This document shows positions 51,490 to 63,892 of a DNA stretch of 64,000 nucleotides, in pieces. Below the pieces are notes generated by a model. It ran no database searches, was not told the origin of the DNA, and saw only the letters and a list, made by a program, of their open reading frames with translations. Position 1 is the first letter of the stretch, and the number at the start of each line of letters is the position of its first letter. The translations under genes were made by a program, and so were the position numbers. Source of the DNA: Camelus ferus (lineage: Eukaryota); contig NC_045697.1 of the NCBI RefSeq assembly GCF_009834535.1, forward strand, positions 37,760,001-37,824,000. The letters are read 5' to 3'.

Positions 51490-51790
51490 GTATTTCAGGG
51501 TTCTCACCTGTAAAATGGGTTAATAATCTTTATTTCTACTAGTTGTGAAATTTAATGTAAATTAAGCACTAATGCACCTAGCATGGAGGCTAGAACATGG
51601 TAAGTGTTCAAAACAAGAGAGGAGGAGTGGAAGACATACAGAGTTGGGCCTGGATCTCAGAGACTTGCTCATGGCAATATTACTCTCTCTGAGCCTCAGT
51701 TTTCTCATCTGTAAAATGGAGTTAGACAGACAGGGTTCAACATAAAGCACTTCGCACAGAACCTGGCACAGAGCAGGCTCAAAGTAGACA
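51490..51790 (+). mobile_element. Two MIR fragments
   Basis: ttctcacctgtaaaatggg; ctgagcctcagttttctcatctgtaaaatgg. Confidence 0.75.
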
Positions 51791-53329
51791 CATGTTATGA
51801 ATAAATAAATAAATGCTACTATCCTCCATGTAAAGCAAGAGAAACAGACATAGATTTCCAGAGATTCACTTTAAATCCACTGAGTTCACCTCTCCAAACC
51901 AGAGAACATAGGCGCTTGGAAGACAGAGGCAAAGCAACTTCACGGGATTACCTTCCAAAATTTATTTTGGAGCTCGGCTTTGCTCAGAATAGCTGATCTA
52001 AAATCCAGCTGCCAGTGACTACTGGGTTTGGGCACAGTTAGAAATGAAGAGTGAGATACCTTGGTCAAAGCTGGCCTGGCCAATTCCATGAAACAATAAT
52101 CAGACACAGACTAATCCTTTTATAAAGTTTACAGGGCAAATCTTATCTCTATCAGACCTTCTACCCTTGGTCGCCTCTCCATGGAGAATGAGAAATGACA
52201 AAGCTAAATAAAGTAAAAGGTACCTCCTTGTTTTTTGAAATAAGTATGAACCATTAAATTCACCAGTTTAAGTTTAGAATCAGAAATGTTAAAGTTTATG
52301 TAATAAGCACAATGTCATCTTAAAATGGAAACCGTTTCCCTGTTAGAATCCCAGGGGACAGACATTGGTACCAAGAAGCCAGGGAAAGGATAAGTAGCTG
52401 GTCAGCTGAAGGAGGAAAGGGTCAGAGAAGAGAGACCCAAGGAGGGAAAGGGGAAAACGAAATGACCATGGAAAAAATAATAAATTCATCTGAGAAACAG
52501 GTGAAGGTCCGATGCTGAGGAATCAGATCCAACAGGGAAAGGAAAGAAAACTAATTAAGTACCTGGGCCTGGAACTAAGCACTTTCACATTTGTAATTAT
52601 GACTCCTATGTTTCAGAGGAGGAAAATAAACAGTGACTAAATAAACTTTTCAGAGTGACCAGAACAAAAATTCAGACAAGTCTTACAACATCAAGAAAAA
52701 AAAAAAAGACAAATAACCCTCTATGTTGTCATCTGACCCTCACTCACATCTTTATCTAAATCAGCAGGATGTCAATGAGAAGGTTTTGAATCAAATACAG
52801 TTGTGGGAGAACACGCCTCAGCTCTTCCACATGGAGACAAAGACAAGATCACTCCTTGTTCATTTTTGTCCTCTAGAACAGTGGCTTGTACGTAATAGCT
52901 ACATCATGAGTTGAATTTCACTGAATAGATTATATATTACTAAAAAGTGTCTATATTCAGTTTTTTCATAACAAACAAAGCCTTAAGGCTTTCGATATGG
53001 CAAACTCTCACTTTCCAATCAAAGATCCCAGAAAATATCCAAACTCCTCTCCTGCCTTTGGCTTCCTGCCGTGAGCCATTGATGCCATCAGGATGAATAA
53101 AGCTAACAGAACTCTTCTTACAAAAAACAGTTGGAGGAAAACAGTCCTGCTAGTGCATTTTATTATCTAAACCCCTAACTACTTGTATGTATGTGTGCTT
53201 CACATGCTTGTTTATTCTCCTCTGAGACTATGCCTGGTTCTTCTAAATGAACTGTGGCTTCTTAAGTCTTTTTCCTTCCATGTAGCCCCCAGGCAGACCT
53301 GCAAACTCTAGGGATTCAATAAATGCTTC

Positions 53330-53454
53330 TTTTTTTTTAAATTGAAGTATAGTCAGTGACAATGTGTCAATCCCTGGTGCACAGCATAATGTCCCAGTCG
53401 CGCACATATGTACATACATTTGTTTCCGTATTCTTTTTCATTAGAGGCTATCAC
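53330..53454 (-). mobile_element. Lineage-specific L1 3' end, GC-shifted copy
   Basis: (t)n aattgaagtatagtcag...ttctttttcatt, same family as the copies at 15380 and 31779. Confidence 0.8.
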
Positions 53455-53639
53455 TCTTGATAGTCACAGTCTAACATAGAGTTTAGAAATTCCCTCTGTC
53501 TCTCTCTCTAAAAAATTTAATTATTACCCTCATTCTGCAAGTGTTTCTGAAATCAACTTTTTTTAAACTGAAGGAAAGAACTGAGTAGATAGGTTAGGTT
53601 GATAAAATAGCCTTGAGTCCCTTTTATTGTCGTCATTTA

Positions 53640-54297
53640 GGCTCTTCTTATCTCCTGTTTGGATAAGCTCCTTACCTGGCTTCTCTGCCCACGACTTCTT
53701 CGCTTCGACTCATCCTTTACACCGCTGCCAGAAAAAAGCACAACGGAGTTCAGGTCGCTGTCCTCCTCAGCAAACTTTAATGGCTCTCTCTTACCTGCAG
53801 AATAAAGTAACAGTGTCCTTGGTATAATATTCAAGACTTTCCAAAGTCCAACACCAGCCTTCTTTTCCCACCTCAACACCTTAACTCTATCTACCTGCCT
53901 CATATTCTAAGCTCCACTGACCATCAGCTGAACATGTTGCATTTTCAAGACTCGGTGTCATGTTCATTCCTTTTCTTCAACCTAAATTGCCCTTCTCTAT
54001 TCATCTACCAAAATCCAACTCATCCTCTAAGACTCAGTTTCACCTCTCTGTACCACCACCACTGAGATCCCCAAGTAGAATCAATTACTCCTTTTCTGGG
54101 TTCACACTGTATCATACATCACTAATAAATACTTATCTTCTGTGTATTTCTCTAATGGTTGTAGAATGGTTGTCTTTCCTTGCTACTAGTGGAAGCTCCT
54201 TAAAAGCGGGCGTCGGGAATTTATTATTTATATTTGTTTCCTTCACAGTGGGGAGCCCAGGGTCTTGCGCAGAACAGAGACTGATAAAAATGTTTTA
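53640..54297 (+). mobile_element. L2 3' region
   Basis: actttaatggctctctcttacctgcagaataaag; catcctctaagactcagttt; ggaagctcctt. Confidence 0.65.
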
Positions 54298-54503
54298 GAA
54301 GTTCGGGATTAGCAGATACAAACTACTATATAAGAAACAGATAAACAACAAGGTCCTACAATATAGCACAGGGAACTATATTCAATACCTTGTAATACTC
54401 TATAACGAAAAAGAATATATATGTATGTATGACTGAATCACTATGCTGTACACCAGAAACTAACACAACATTCTATATCAACTATACTTCAATTAAAAAA
54501 AAA
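54298..54503 (+). mobile_element. Cetartiodactyl-type L1 3' end
   Basis: gggattagcagatacaaactactatata...atagcacagggaactatattcaa...tatacttcaattaaaaaaaa. Confidence 0.85.
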
Positions 54504-56149
54504 GAGTGAATAAGTGAAGGACATGATGTAGTCAGTGAACCATCAGCAGTTCCTTAGCAATGGAGTGAGACAGCGGGAGTTTATGATGCAACATGTGGCT
54601 CAGCCCTTTCAGAGGAGAGAGAGCAAATCAGTGAGCTTAACTGACAATATACATTTTGCTCAAAATGAGGGAAAGGCATCCCCTGGTGAAGATGGTGGCT
54701 CATTCTTACGGCTCCTTAAATATTAAATGAAGTAAGGCTGTTTTCTCCTCCTTTGCCTCCACCTTGTACTATGGTTACCACTGGCCCAGTCTGCTCAGTG
54801 CCCAGCACGTGAGATGTGCATGCTTAATAAACTCTTGCCCCAGCTTCTGCCTGGGTCTGAAGCCCAGTTGGCAGTGACTCTCAGACCAAGAGGTTCTGTG
54901 TGGAGGGCTCAGGGTTTTCCTTGACAGGTCAGGATCCCAGTGCCAGGCACCAACACAGCTGCCCCCCACCAGGGGAAACACTGGACAGAAATGAAGGAGT
55001 CAGGAAGGCGGTGAAGGGCACGGAGACGACCAGGAGGGGTGGGCGGCAGGTAGCAGAAGCTGACGGAGATTCCCTGGTGAGGGCTGGTGGCCTGTGGAAA
55101 TTCCGCTTGGCAGCTAAGCCCACTCCCTGTGGCCTCTGGTGACTCCCTGGCGAGACAAGGACTTGGATCTTAAGCCAAGTCTTCCTTCGCTAGAACCGAA
55201 TGTATTAGAAGCCATGAGCGGAATTAAGTTTGCTTTGAACCACTCACCGTGTCTTGTTTTGCAGCCTTGGTGAGCAAAAAGAGGGTGGAGGGGAAGGTTG
55301 GAGAAATGGTATGCCTGTAACTCCCTTAATGTGTCAACACAGTGTGGTGCTTGCAGGAGTATTTGTTTTAGCAATCTTAAAATCGGTGTGACATAAGAGA
55401 GGATTTCCAACAGGACAGTGCCAAGTGAGATCATGATCACATTAAGATCCGGACGGTCAGTGGCTTCTCAACCATATGGCCCCACGGATAAGCAGCTTAG
55501 GCCTTCTGCCCAGTGAACCCAATCTGAGTGTAAAAGGGAAAGAGTAACTCTTGTTCTAGATTGTAGAATTTTACCGTAAGTAATTAAATTTACAAGAAAC
55601 CGAACACCTTATTAAACAGCTCTATGTCTCCCTGATTATGGGGGAGTGGCCACTCCTGCTTCCTCCATTTGGAAAATAGGCCTGGAAAACAGACTTTCAT
55701 GAGGCAGCAGAAAGGAAGACGCTGAACAGAACTCATGATCAAAATATCTAGCTGCCTGTTTGGGGAAGCTCTCCAGGCTGTGTTTACCAACTCCCTGCCT
55801 CTCTTCTTTCAAAACACAGGAGAAAAACAAAGTGGAATCCTGAAGTGCATTTCAGAAAACCCCATGCAAATTTCAGGATTAAAATCAGGGTGGTCAGTGC
55901 TACAGAAACAATCAAGTTACTAGGTCATGAGGGATGCTGACATACAGGGGCAGGAAATGCTGGGGACAAGACCTGCAATGTAAGGGGGAAACACAGAGGC
56001 CTCCTAAGTCTTTTGACTGAAATTCCCCCAAAACCTTTCAGAGCTATAGTTATGTATTTAGATGAGTGCTCTCTTCTCATTAAGGAAGACAAGTCATCTA
56101 TAAACAGAACAGTAAGAGGCAGCAGGGGGAGGTAAGTTCCCCAAGATTT

Positions 56150-56660
56150 ATATGTAGTATCTGTCTGATGCACAGAGGAGGGAGAGACTTTCCTGGCTGG
56201 AGGAGTGGAGATGACTTCATGGCGGGGGTGGGGGCACATATGGACTGCATCTTCAAGGATTTTGACAAGACAGGTGGGAGTGAAGGGCATTCAAGGAGAA
56301 GAGAGCAATGTGAATAAAGGCATAGAGACAGTTCAGATGGCAGATGGGCAAGGTCCGTGAGTTATGAGAGTAATGCAGAGTGAGAATGGAAAGGTGAACG
56401 GGGACCGTGAACATCACGAAAGGCCTTCAGCACGACAAGCCTTGAGCACAAGAAGCCCTGGCTGTTCTCAGGCAGCAATACGGAGTCGTTGAAGGTTCAT
56501 GCACAGGAAAGCGATCCAAGCTATGATTTTTTGATAGGTTGACTGTTTATTTTCCAGGTGAGAAGGCAGAGGAGAGATTAGACCAGGGGAGAAAAGGAGG
56601 AAGAAAGACCATTTGGGAGACTACTGCAATAATCTGATGAAAGGGGATGATGGTTCCAAC
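56150..56660 (-). mobile_element. L2 fragment
   Basis: gaagggcattcaagg...gcaatgtgaataaaggcatagag; gggagactactgcaataatc. Confidence 0.55.
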
Positions 56661-56738
56661 TAGGGACATAGAAACATCTGATGATGCTGCTGACACTGAT
56701 CATCTGGAATAAGCAAAGGGGAAGTGACTAAGTCAAGT

Positions 56739-56871
56739 GGGGAGGGTATTGCTCAGCGGCAGAGCGCGTACTTAGCATGCACGAGGTCCTGGATTCACTC
56801 CCCAGTACCTCCATCAAAAAATAAATAGATAAAAACTTCATTACCTCCTCCCATAAAAAAAAAAAAAACTA
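56739..56871 (+). mobile_element. tRNA-derived SINE, vic-1-like
   Basis: ggggagggtattgctcagcggcagagcgcgtacttagcatgcacgaggtcctggattcactccccagtacctcc plus A-tail; TSD aagtgactaagtcaag (56722-56737) vs aagtgattaaatcaag (56872-56887). Confidence 0.85.
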
Positions 56872-57736
56872 AAGTGATTAAATCAAGCAGAACTGTCAGT
56901 ACGAGCATCTCAAATAGGTTTGGCAGTGGGACCCAAAATGTTTTCACAGTTCATGGAACTAAAGGACAAAGTCCACAGTGACTGGTTTTCTGAAAGGCTA
57001 ACATGGCTATTCATGGAAGGGCCAAGTTCCCACTCCCTGCTGGGAGAACAGGCATTCTGGAAGCCACAGGCCTGGGGGAGCATCTTCAGACACAAAACAC
57101 AATAAACGGATTAAGAAACAGATGATTAAATGAAGACCTGTTCTAGAATTCACAAAAGGAGAAATATCAGTGACTTACACGATTTTTTTTTTAAATATAA
57201 ACCTCACTAACAACAAAGCAAAATAAATTTTAAAATATTTTTATCCATTGATTTTTCAAAGCTTTAAAAAACTTTTTAATACTCGGGTAAGAGTGCAGAG
57301 CCATCTGGCAAAATGTATCAAAAGTCCTGAAATTGTTCATGCTATTTGGCTCAATAATTCTGTGTCTAGGAAATGTCATTGATACTTGTAAATATTGTTT
57401 GTTTATATTACTGAAATTGGAAGTAACTCAAAAGTCCTTAACTGAGGATTTCTTAACTTTTGGTTTATCCATGCAATGAACTACTATGTAACCATTTAAA
57501 AGTGTGCCTGCAAAACATTATGTGGTGGCTTGGAAACTGGTTTGCTATACACTAAGTGGGAAATTCGTGAGCAAAACAATACATGAAATACAGTATCATT
57601 TTGAAAAATATATGATATATAATTGAAATTCAACTATACCATATACCATGGTTAAAGTTAACCATGCTTATCTGTGAAGGGTAAGGTACTGGGTGATAGT
57701 TATTTCTTTTTATCTTTTCTCATAAAGTTTCTATGA

Positions 57737-57877
57737 GGGGAGAGTACAGCTCAAGTGGTAGAGTGTGTGTTCAGTATGCATGAGGTCCTGGGATCAATCC
57801 CCAGTACCTCCTCTAAAAATAAATAGCCTAATTACCTCCCCGCCAAAAGCAAAAACAAATTAAGAAAAAATTTTTTT
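57737..57877 (+). mobile_element. tRNA-derived SINE, vic-1-like, inside a degenerate L1ME (~57130-57920)
   Basis: ggggagagtacagctcaagtggtagag...gaggtcctgggatcaatccccagtacctcc. Confidence 0.85.
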
Positions 57878-58129
57878 AAATTGTCCTATATAACAAACAT
57901 TTACTACCATAATAAGAAAAAGGGATATTTTTTAAACAGAACTGGTTCATGGGCCTCGCCACTATAATTATTGTAAGAAATATTTGTTGAGCACCTGCTG
58001 TGGGCCAGGCACTGATCTCAGGGAAGGGAAAGCAGGCAGTATTCCTGCTCTCGGGGGACTTAGCATTTAGAGGACTGCATTTTTATTGCTTAGTCAGCTA
58101 AAGTGGGGAAGATAAATGCCTTTATATCA

Positions 58130-58640
58130 AGACTCCATCCATTGCAAAAAACAACATCCAGTTCAAATTGCATCAGCAAAAAAGAAAATTCAGGAATTCA
58201 CAAAACTGAAGTCTATGAGTAACTGACTTCACACATGGCTGGATCATTCCAGACCTTCAGAACTTGGTATCTCACAAAACTTCAGCCTACTTTTCTTCAT
58301 GATCACTCCATTATCAGTCAGGCTTTCCTGATTGTGTCACAGTGGCTGTCAACGACTCCAGACTTATATCCAATGTCCCCCAAAACTCCAACTGCTGGCT
58401 TCCAACAGTTTTTTTATTTTTAAAGGATTGAGTCCAGTTGGTTCTGACTGAATCATGTGCCGGTCCCTGAACCACTCACCACAGCCTGAGGAGCGTGAAG
58501 CTCTGATCGGCCAATCCCAGGTCATACAACCTCCACTGGAAATGGACTGAGAGGAAAGGACACTGTCCCCAAAGGAAATCATAAGACTGTTACCAAACGA
58601 GGCATGGATGCTGAGACAGTAAAACAACTGAGATGTTCAC
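58130..58640 (-). mobile_element. Old MaLR LTR (MLT1J/K-like)
   Basis: gaatcatgtgccggtccctgaaccactcac; ccccaaaggaaatc...ctgttacca...ggatgctg. Confidence 0.6.
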
Positions 58641-59478
58641 TTTGGCCCCATGGTAGAAGCTCAGAGGCAGGATGAGTAAGTTGGTGTCCTGGCTTCAAAG
58701 GACGAAACTTAATCCAGAAGACCAAGCTGTGTTTTGAGACTCTATTTGATGTAAGCAGGTGATGTGAATGTCACCAGGTAAGTATACCTTTCGACTCACA
58801 TCAATCAAATCGTAGGTATATTCTGAAAACATACTTCCTTATATGGATATTCTGCTATGTGAATTCTGACCTTGCACATACTACAGATGAACAGAGAATC
58901 AACAATTTAAGAAATCTACTCGTTTAACAGATAATGTGAGGGAGCCCAAAGTCTTGTTGCAACTTGAGAGCAAGGCCAGGCTAGCACCCTAACTCATCAC
59001 TTTACTCCCAGAGTTTCTGCTGCACCATGAGGACTCTACCCCATATAACTCCAGCCAACAATAACTCTTCAGACTTTTAAGATTTCACTGTGAATGAAGC
59101 ACACTTAAAACTTTAATAGATCAGCTCATAAACACTTCATTTTTGTTCTGGCTGAAGATTAAACAGTGCCTATCCATAGGGATAACTAGTTAAGTGGCAG
59201 CATATGTCCCCCACTTATTCCCAAAGTTCACTTTAAGCAAGTGCTTCCTTTATTAATTATGTTTCATAAGTATTTTAACATTTCAAAGTTCACACTTAAT
59301 ACTAGGAAACCAGGTTTGCCAAATACATTCACAGTAGGACATCTGTCACTCTGTACCTAGTTCCACCCTCCACTAAGCTTGTCTCTTAATAACTGGGAAC
59401 AAGATTAATGTTTAATTCTAGGACTTGATTACATGGAAGGCACTGGGTTTTGGGAACAAGATCAAGATACAGTAACTA

Positions 59479-60078
59479 CGTTGTTTCCATGTCTTGGCTA
59501 TTGTAAATAGTACTGCTGTGAACATTGAGTGCATGTCTTTTGAATTATAGTTTTCTCCATTGACAGATGAATGGATAATGAAGATGTGGGATATATATAC
59601 AATGGAATATTACTCAGTCATTAAAAAGACTGAAATAATGCCATCTGCAGCAACATGGATGGATCTAGAAATTATCATATTATGCGAAGTAAGTCAGAGA
59701 AAGACAAATATCATATGATGTCACTTATATATGGAATCTAAAAAAAGATACAAATTTTATTTACAAACCAGAAATAGACTCATGGACATAGAAAACAAAC
59801 TGTGGTTACCAGGGGGAAAGGAGGGAGGAGGGATGAATTAGGAGTTTGGGATTAATTGATACACATTACTGTATGTAGAATATTTAAACAACAGGGACCT
59901 AATGTAGAGCACAGGGAAGTATATTCAATTTCTTGTAATGAGCAGTAATGGAAAAGAATCTGAAGAAATACGTATGTATATATATATATATATACACATA
60001 ACTGAATCACTTTGCTGTACACATGAAATTAACATTGTAAATCAACTACACTTCAGTGAAAAATAAGAATTTTTTTAA
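59479..60078 (+). mobile_element. L1 3' end with inverted 5' segment (~59480-59556)
   Basis: Antisense gttgtttccatgtcttggctattg... joined to sense ccattgacagatgaatggata...; TSD aagatacagtaacta (59464-59478) vs aagattcagtaacta (60079-60093). Confidence 0.88.
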
Positions 60079-60631
60079 AAGATTCAGTAACTAGGATTAG
60101 GGCACAATATCAGAACCGGCCAAATAGAAAGTCTGATTTGATGCTGAGTAAATGAATCTAAGCCATGGTCCTCAATAGCTTCCTCTCCACCTGTGCACTT
60201 GGTCAAAGACCCTATAAGCAGCTGTATCTACGATTCCATGGCTTAGGGACTTCCTCTAGGTTCCACCTCCCATTCTTTACTTTGAACCCTATTGTTTTGG
60301 TCTGGTTTCCCTGGTTCCTTCCTGTTTCCTTGAATCTGGATTTTCCCTCTTTGCCTATTCTCTTTGGGTTGATATTCTCTCTGGGTTGCCTGGCTTGCCT
60401 CCCTCCATCTTGTATCTTCAACGACACGCTCTGCAGCCCTTGGCCGGTCCTTCCTCCCCTCCCCTGAGCCTGCCTGTGGCCATTCCGGCTGGGCTGGGAG
60501 CAGCCTGTCGGTGGCCTGGCCCCGTGCTTGCCTGGGAAGAGAGACTGGACACTGAGTTCTCTTGGATGGAGCCCCTGGTATCCTTTTAGTCTAAGATGAG
60601 GATCAAATCCTTCTTCATCAGGGGAACTCAG

Positions 60632-61020
60632 TGACAAATACTAACTGAGCACCTACTATGTGCCAGGCACTACCTTAGGTGCTGAGAATATAGCAGGGTA
60701 TGAAACAAGGTCTCTGATCTCTTTCATTCTAGAAAAAGAGTGGGAAGGACAAATATATGAACAATTAGACAAAATAATAATCATTACAAGTCAGGTTAGG
60801 ACTGTGCTATAATGAAAATAAAACAGAGTGAGTGGCACAGACAGATTCTGGGGTGGTTAGAGAAGACCTCTTGAAGGGAAATATGAGTGACAAGCTTAGC
60901 TTTGGGAAAATTTGGAGGAAGAGAGTTTAAGGAGAGGGAGCAACAGATATAAAGGCCCTGAGGCAGGAATGAGCTTGGCACCTTCCAGGAATGGAAAGTA
61001 GACCAGCCAGGCTAGAAACA
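60632..61020 (-). mobile_element. L2 3' region
   Basis: actgagcacctactatgtgccaggcactaccttaggtgctgagaatatagcag; aaaggccctgaggcaggaatgagcttggca. Confidence 0.85.
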
Positions 61021-61695
61021 CAATTGACAAATCATCTGCTTTAAATATGAAAGTGGGCTCAAAACGTCAGCTTAAAAATATGCCAGTTTTCCCTCCCAAA
61101 TCAACCAGATTTGCAACATAAAAGTGATGCATATTTGCATATGTTTGTACGGGCACAAATCTTATTGGCAGTTCTGGTAAATAAATGTAGGACCAGTTGG
61201 GTCTCCTTGACGCCTATCAGAACTGTGAACAAGGCCTCTGATAACATTGTTTTGTCACTTTTCACTCCCACCAGCAAAGAAGACAGATAAATGGCTTCCT
61301 GAGACAAATGGTCCCACTTTCCAGGGCCTGGGGCTCTGGAGGAAGGCGACGTGAGCCTTGGAACATTTCTCTGGGTGAGCTCCTTAAAGAGTTCATGGCC
61401 CTCAGCAAGCTCTCTGAGTCTGCTTCAGAAGGTTCTGCTACATTAATTCTTCTGAAAAATTAGATTTTGTTTGTAGTCCATTAAAATTTCAAAAGACTTA
61501 TGAAATGAATCCCAGACTATGTGCCATTGCAATCTGCAATAGAAAATACCTGATACAGAAAGAACAGGGATTTAAAGTGAAAAATACCTTATGTTGTTTG
61601 CCTGTCCCTCACCACAACACCCCAGAAAAGACAAAAATGTGTCCTTTCTGGGAGCAGAGTCTCATGCAGGTAATATTCTTCCCAGGTATAACAGC

Positions 61696-62155
61696 TGTGG
61701 AGGGTTGAATCATATCCCTCCAAAAATGCACATCCACCAGAAACTTGGAACGTGATCTTATTTAGGCAGAGGGACTTTGCAGGTATAATTATTTAAGAGG
61801 AAGTCACACTGGATCAGGGTAGGACCTAAGTCCAACGACCGGCGTCTTTATAAGAGAAAAGAGAAGGAGGTTCACACACGTGCGCGCGCACGGAAGCAGG
61901 CCATGTGAAAGTGCAGGCAGAGACTGGAGTGATGCAGCTGTAAGCCAAGGTACACCAAGGATTGCCAGGGGAGAACCAGGAGCTAGTAGAGGCAAAGAAA
62001 GATTGTTCCCTAGAGCCTTCAGAGGGAGCAAGGCCCCTGCCAATACCTTGCTTTCAGACTTCGCGGCCTCCAGAACTGTGAGACAGTAAATGCCCATAGT
62101 TTCAAACCGCCCGGTTTGTGGTAATTTGTTATGACAGCCCCAGGAAACTAATACA
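61696..62155 (+). mobile_element. MaLR solo LTR (MLT1B/C-like)
   Basis: tgtggagggttgaat...ggcctccagaactgtgagacagtaaat...ggaaactaataca; 5-bp flanks acagc/ccagc. Confidence 0.9.
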
Positions 62156-62309
62156 CCAGCCGTGGTGCCTTTGCCCCAGCACCATTAGAGAGCGGGAAAC
62201 TGCCGGGCATGGGGAATCAACTGAAGCTACACCAGCAAAGTAGATAATCGAGTCGTAATTTCATGAAATTGACCACTAACAATTTGGGAAGAGGGACTTA
62301 GGTGGGGGT

Positions 62310-63235
62310 TTAAAGTTGAGACTTTGGTATCAGGAAGTCTGGATTGGGTCTTAACTCTATCATGTATCTTGTTCAAGTTACTAAACTCTAAGCCTCAGCT
62401 TTTCATAGGTAAAGTGAGGGCTGACCTCATAAGGCAGTGCTGAGATTCAGAGGGGAAACGTCCGTGTAGAGCACAGCACATGCCCATCCCACAGTAAGCC
62501 CCCACTAGAGGGTGGCTGCTGCGATCATTAGGGTATTATTATTACTCCCCCCGTCTTCAGAAACATTTCCTATCCTTGAAGGAAGGAATGAGTGCTTATA
62601 CTCACATGTGCTTTCAGAATCTATTCCTCTCCTGTCCGTTGCTCAGCTACTACTCAGCAGGACCGGTCTATAAACTACAAGCAATAAATGTTCACCAGCT
62701 CTGAATGAGACAGCCTCGTCATGCTCACGGTGAGCCCAGACCCCCGAAAAACATATTTTTAAACAATTTCTTGCCTGTCTTAAGATATAAATAGTTTACA
62801 AAAAGATGGGTTTTAAGGACGATCATATTTTTAACAGCAGTATTTACTGAAAGCTCAACATATGCCAGGCACTTCCCAAAGGTCCCCTCACTTAGACCTT
62901 ACAACCACTCTGCAAATTAGGCTGTAATCATCTGGTTCTACAGATGAGAAGAGACCCAGAGAAACTTCTTAGGACTCCAGACTGACTCCAAATTAAAGTA
63001 GGGAATACAAGCAGTACTGGAGAAGGAGTAGGGGAGGCAGAAACGTGGCTGTGAACACTACTCTTTCCAAAAGGCAGAACGAAGCACAGACTGGAGAGCC
63101 ATCGGGAGGGCTGCCTGGGTTCTAGGCTGGCTCCACCCTCACCCCGCTGAGTGAGGCACTGTTTCTCTCTGGGCCTCAGTTTCCCTACCTGGGAAGCAAG
63201 GAACATGAACTAGATTATCTCTAACAGCACGTTCA
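62310..63235. mobile_element. Cluster of MIR fragments (+ ~62310-62540, - ~62830-62990, + ~63100-63235)
   Basis: caagttactaaactctaagcctcag; tacagatgagaagagacccagag; ctgggcctcagtttccctacctg. Confidence 0.65.
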
Positions 63236-63892
63236 GCTGTTACACAACATCCAGGTTTTTTTTTAAAAAATCAAAATTATGAAATTAAAATTTTCTGATA
63301 CGCGGCGTCATGAATCTTAAGCAATATTTTCCGAAGCAATGCGACGTGGAAGAAAGATGAAAGATGCTGAGGCTGAAGTTTCCCAAACAAGTTCGTGAGA
63401 TTTACAATTAGGGATTGTCATCTTAGTTTCCCTAACACTGATCCTACCTCTTTATTTCTGTAGTTAGCTCATATCAAAACAAAAGCTGGGGCCTTTTTCA
63501 CTAAAATTATATTTTTTCTTCTCTTTTTGTAGGAAAGTCTGAGTAATAGCAAAAAAACAAAAATAATAATGCTTCCCATTTAAATAGTATCTTTGATCTC
63601 AGGCCTTCCTGTATGGTATTTTTATAAGCCCTGTGTGTTATTATTTTTTTTTTGGTAGGTCACATTGAAGTACTCGGATGTCTAGACCACTGATACTATG
63701 CGAGCTCTTCAAAGTAACACAATGCCATTTAATAATAAACTCAGCTTTTTCTTCAGTTGTACCTTGCATCCAGGAAGTGCTGAACCGTTTCGTTTTAAAT
63801 GATGTTTCAGCACCCTGTGTATTTTATAGGTAGAAAAACTGTATTTTATAGGCAGTTTTCTAAAGAAGAATCCAGATATTTGTGATGTTTAT

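Noticed and set aside
58770..58785. Consensus donor CAG|gtaagt on +
   Set aside because: No convincing upstream acceptor or coding frame; isolated donors are common.
60158..60246. 11-bp inverted repeat ctaagccatgg/ccatggcttag
   Set aside because: About one such pair is expected by chance in 64 kb; no extended stem or TSD.
60212..60637. 141-aa minus-strand ORF
   Set aside because: Explained by a purine-rich strand; no known protein or splice context recognised.
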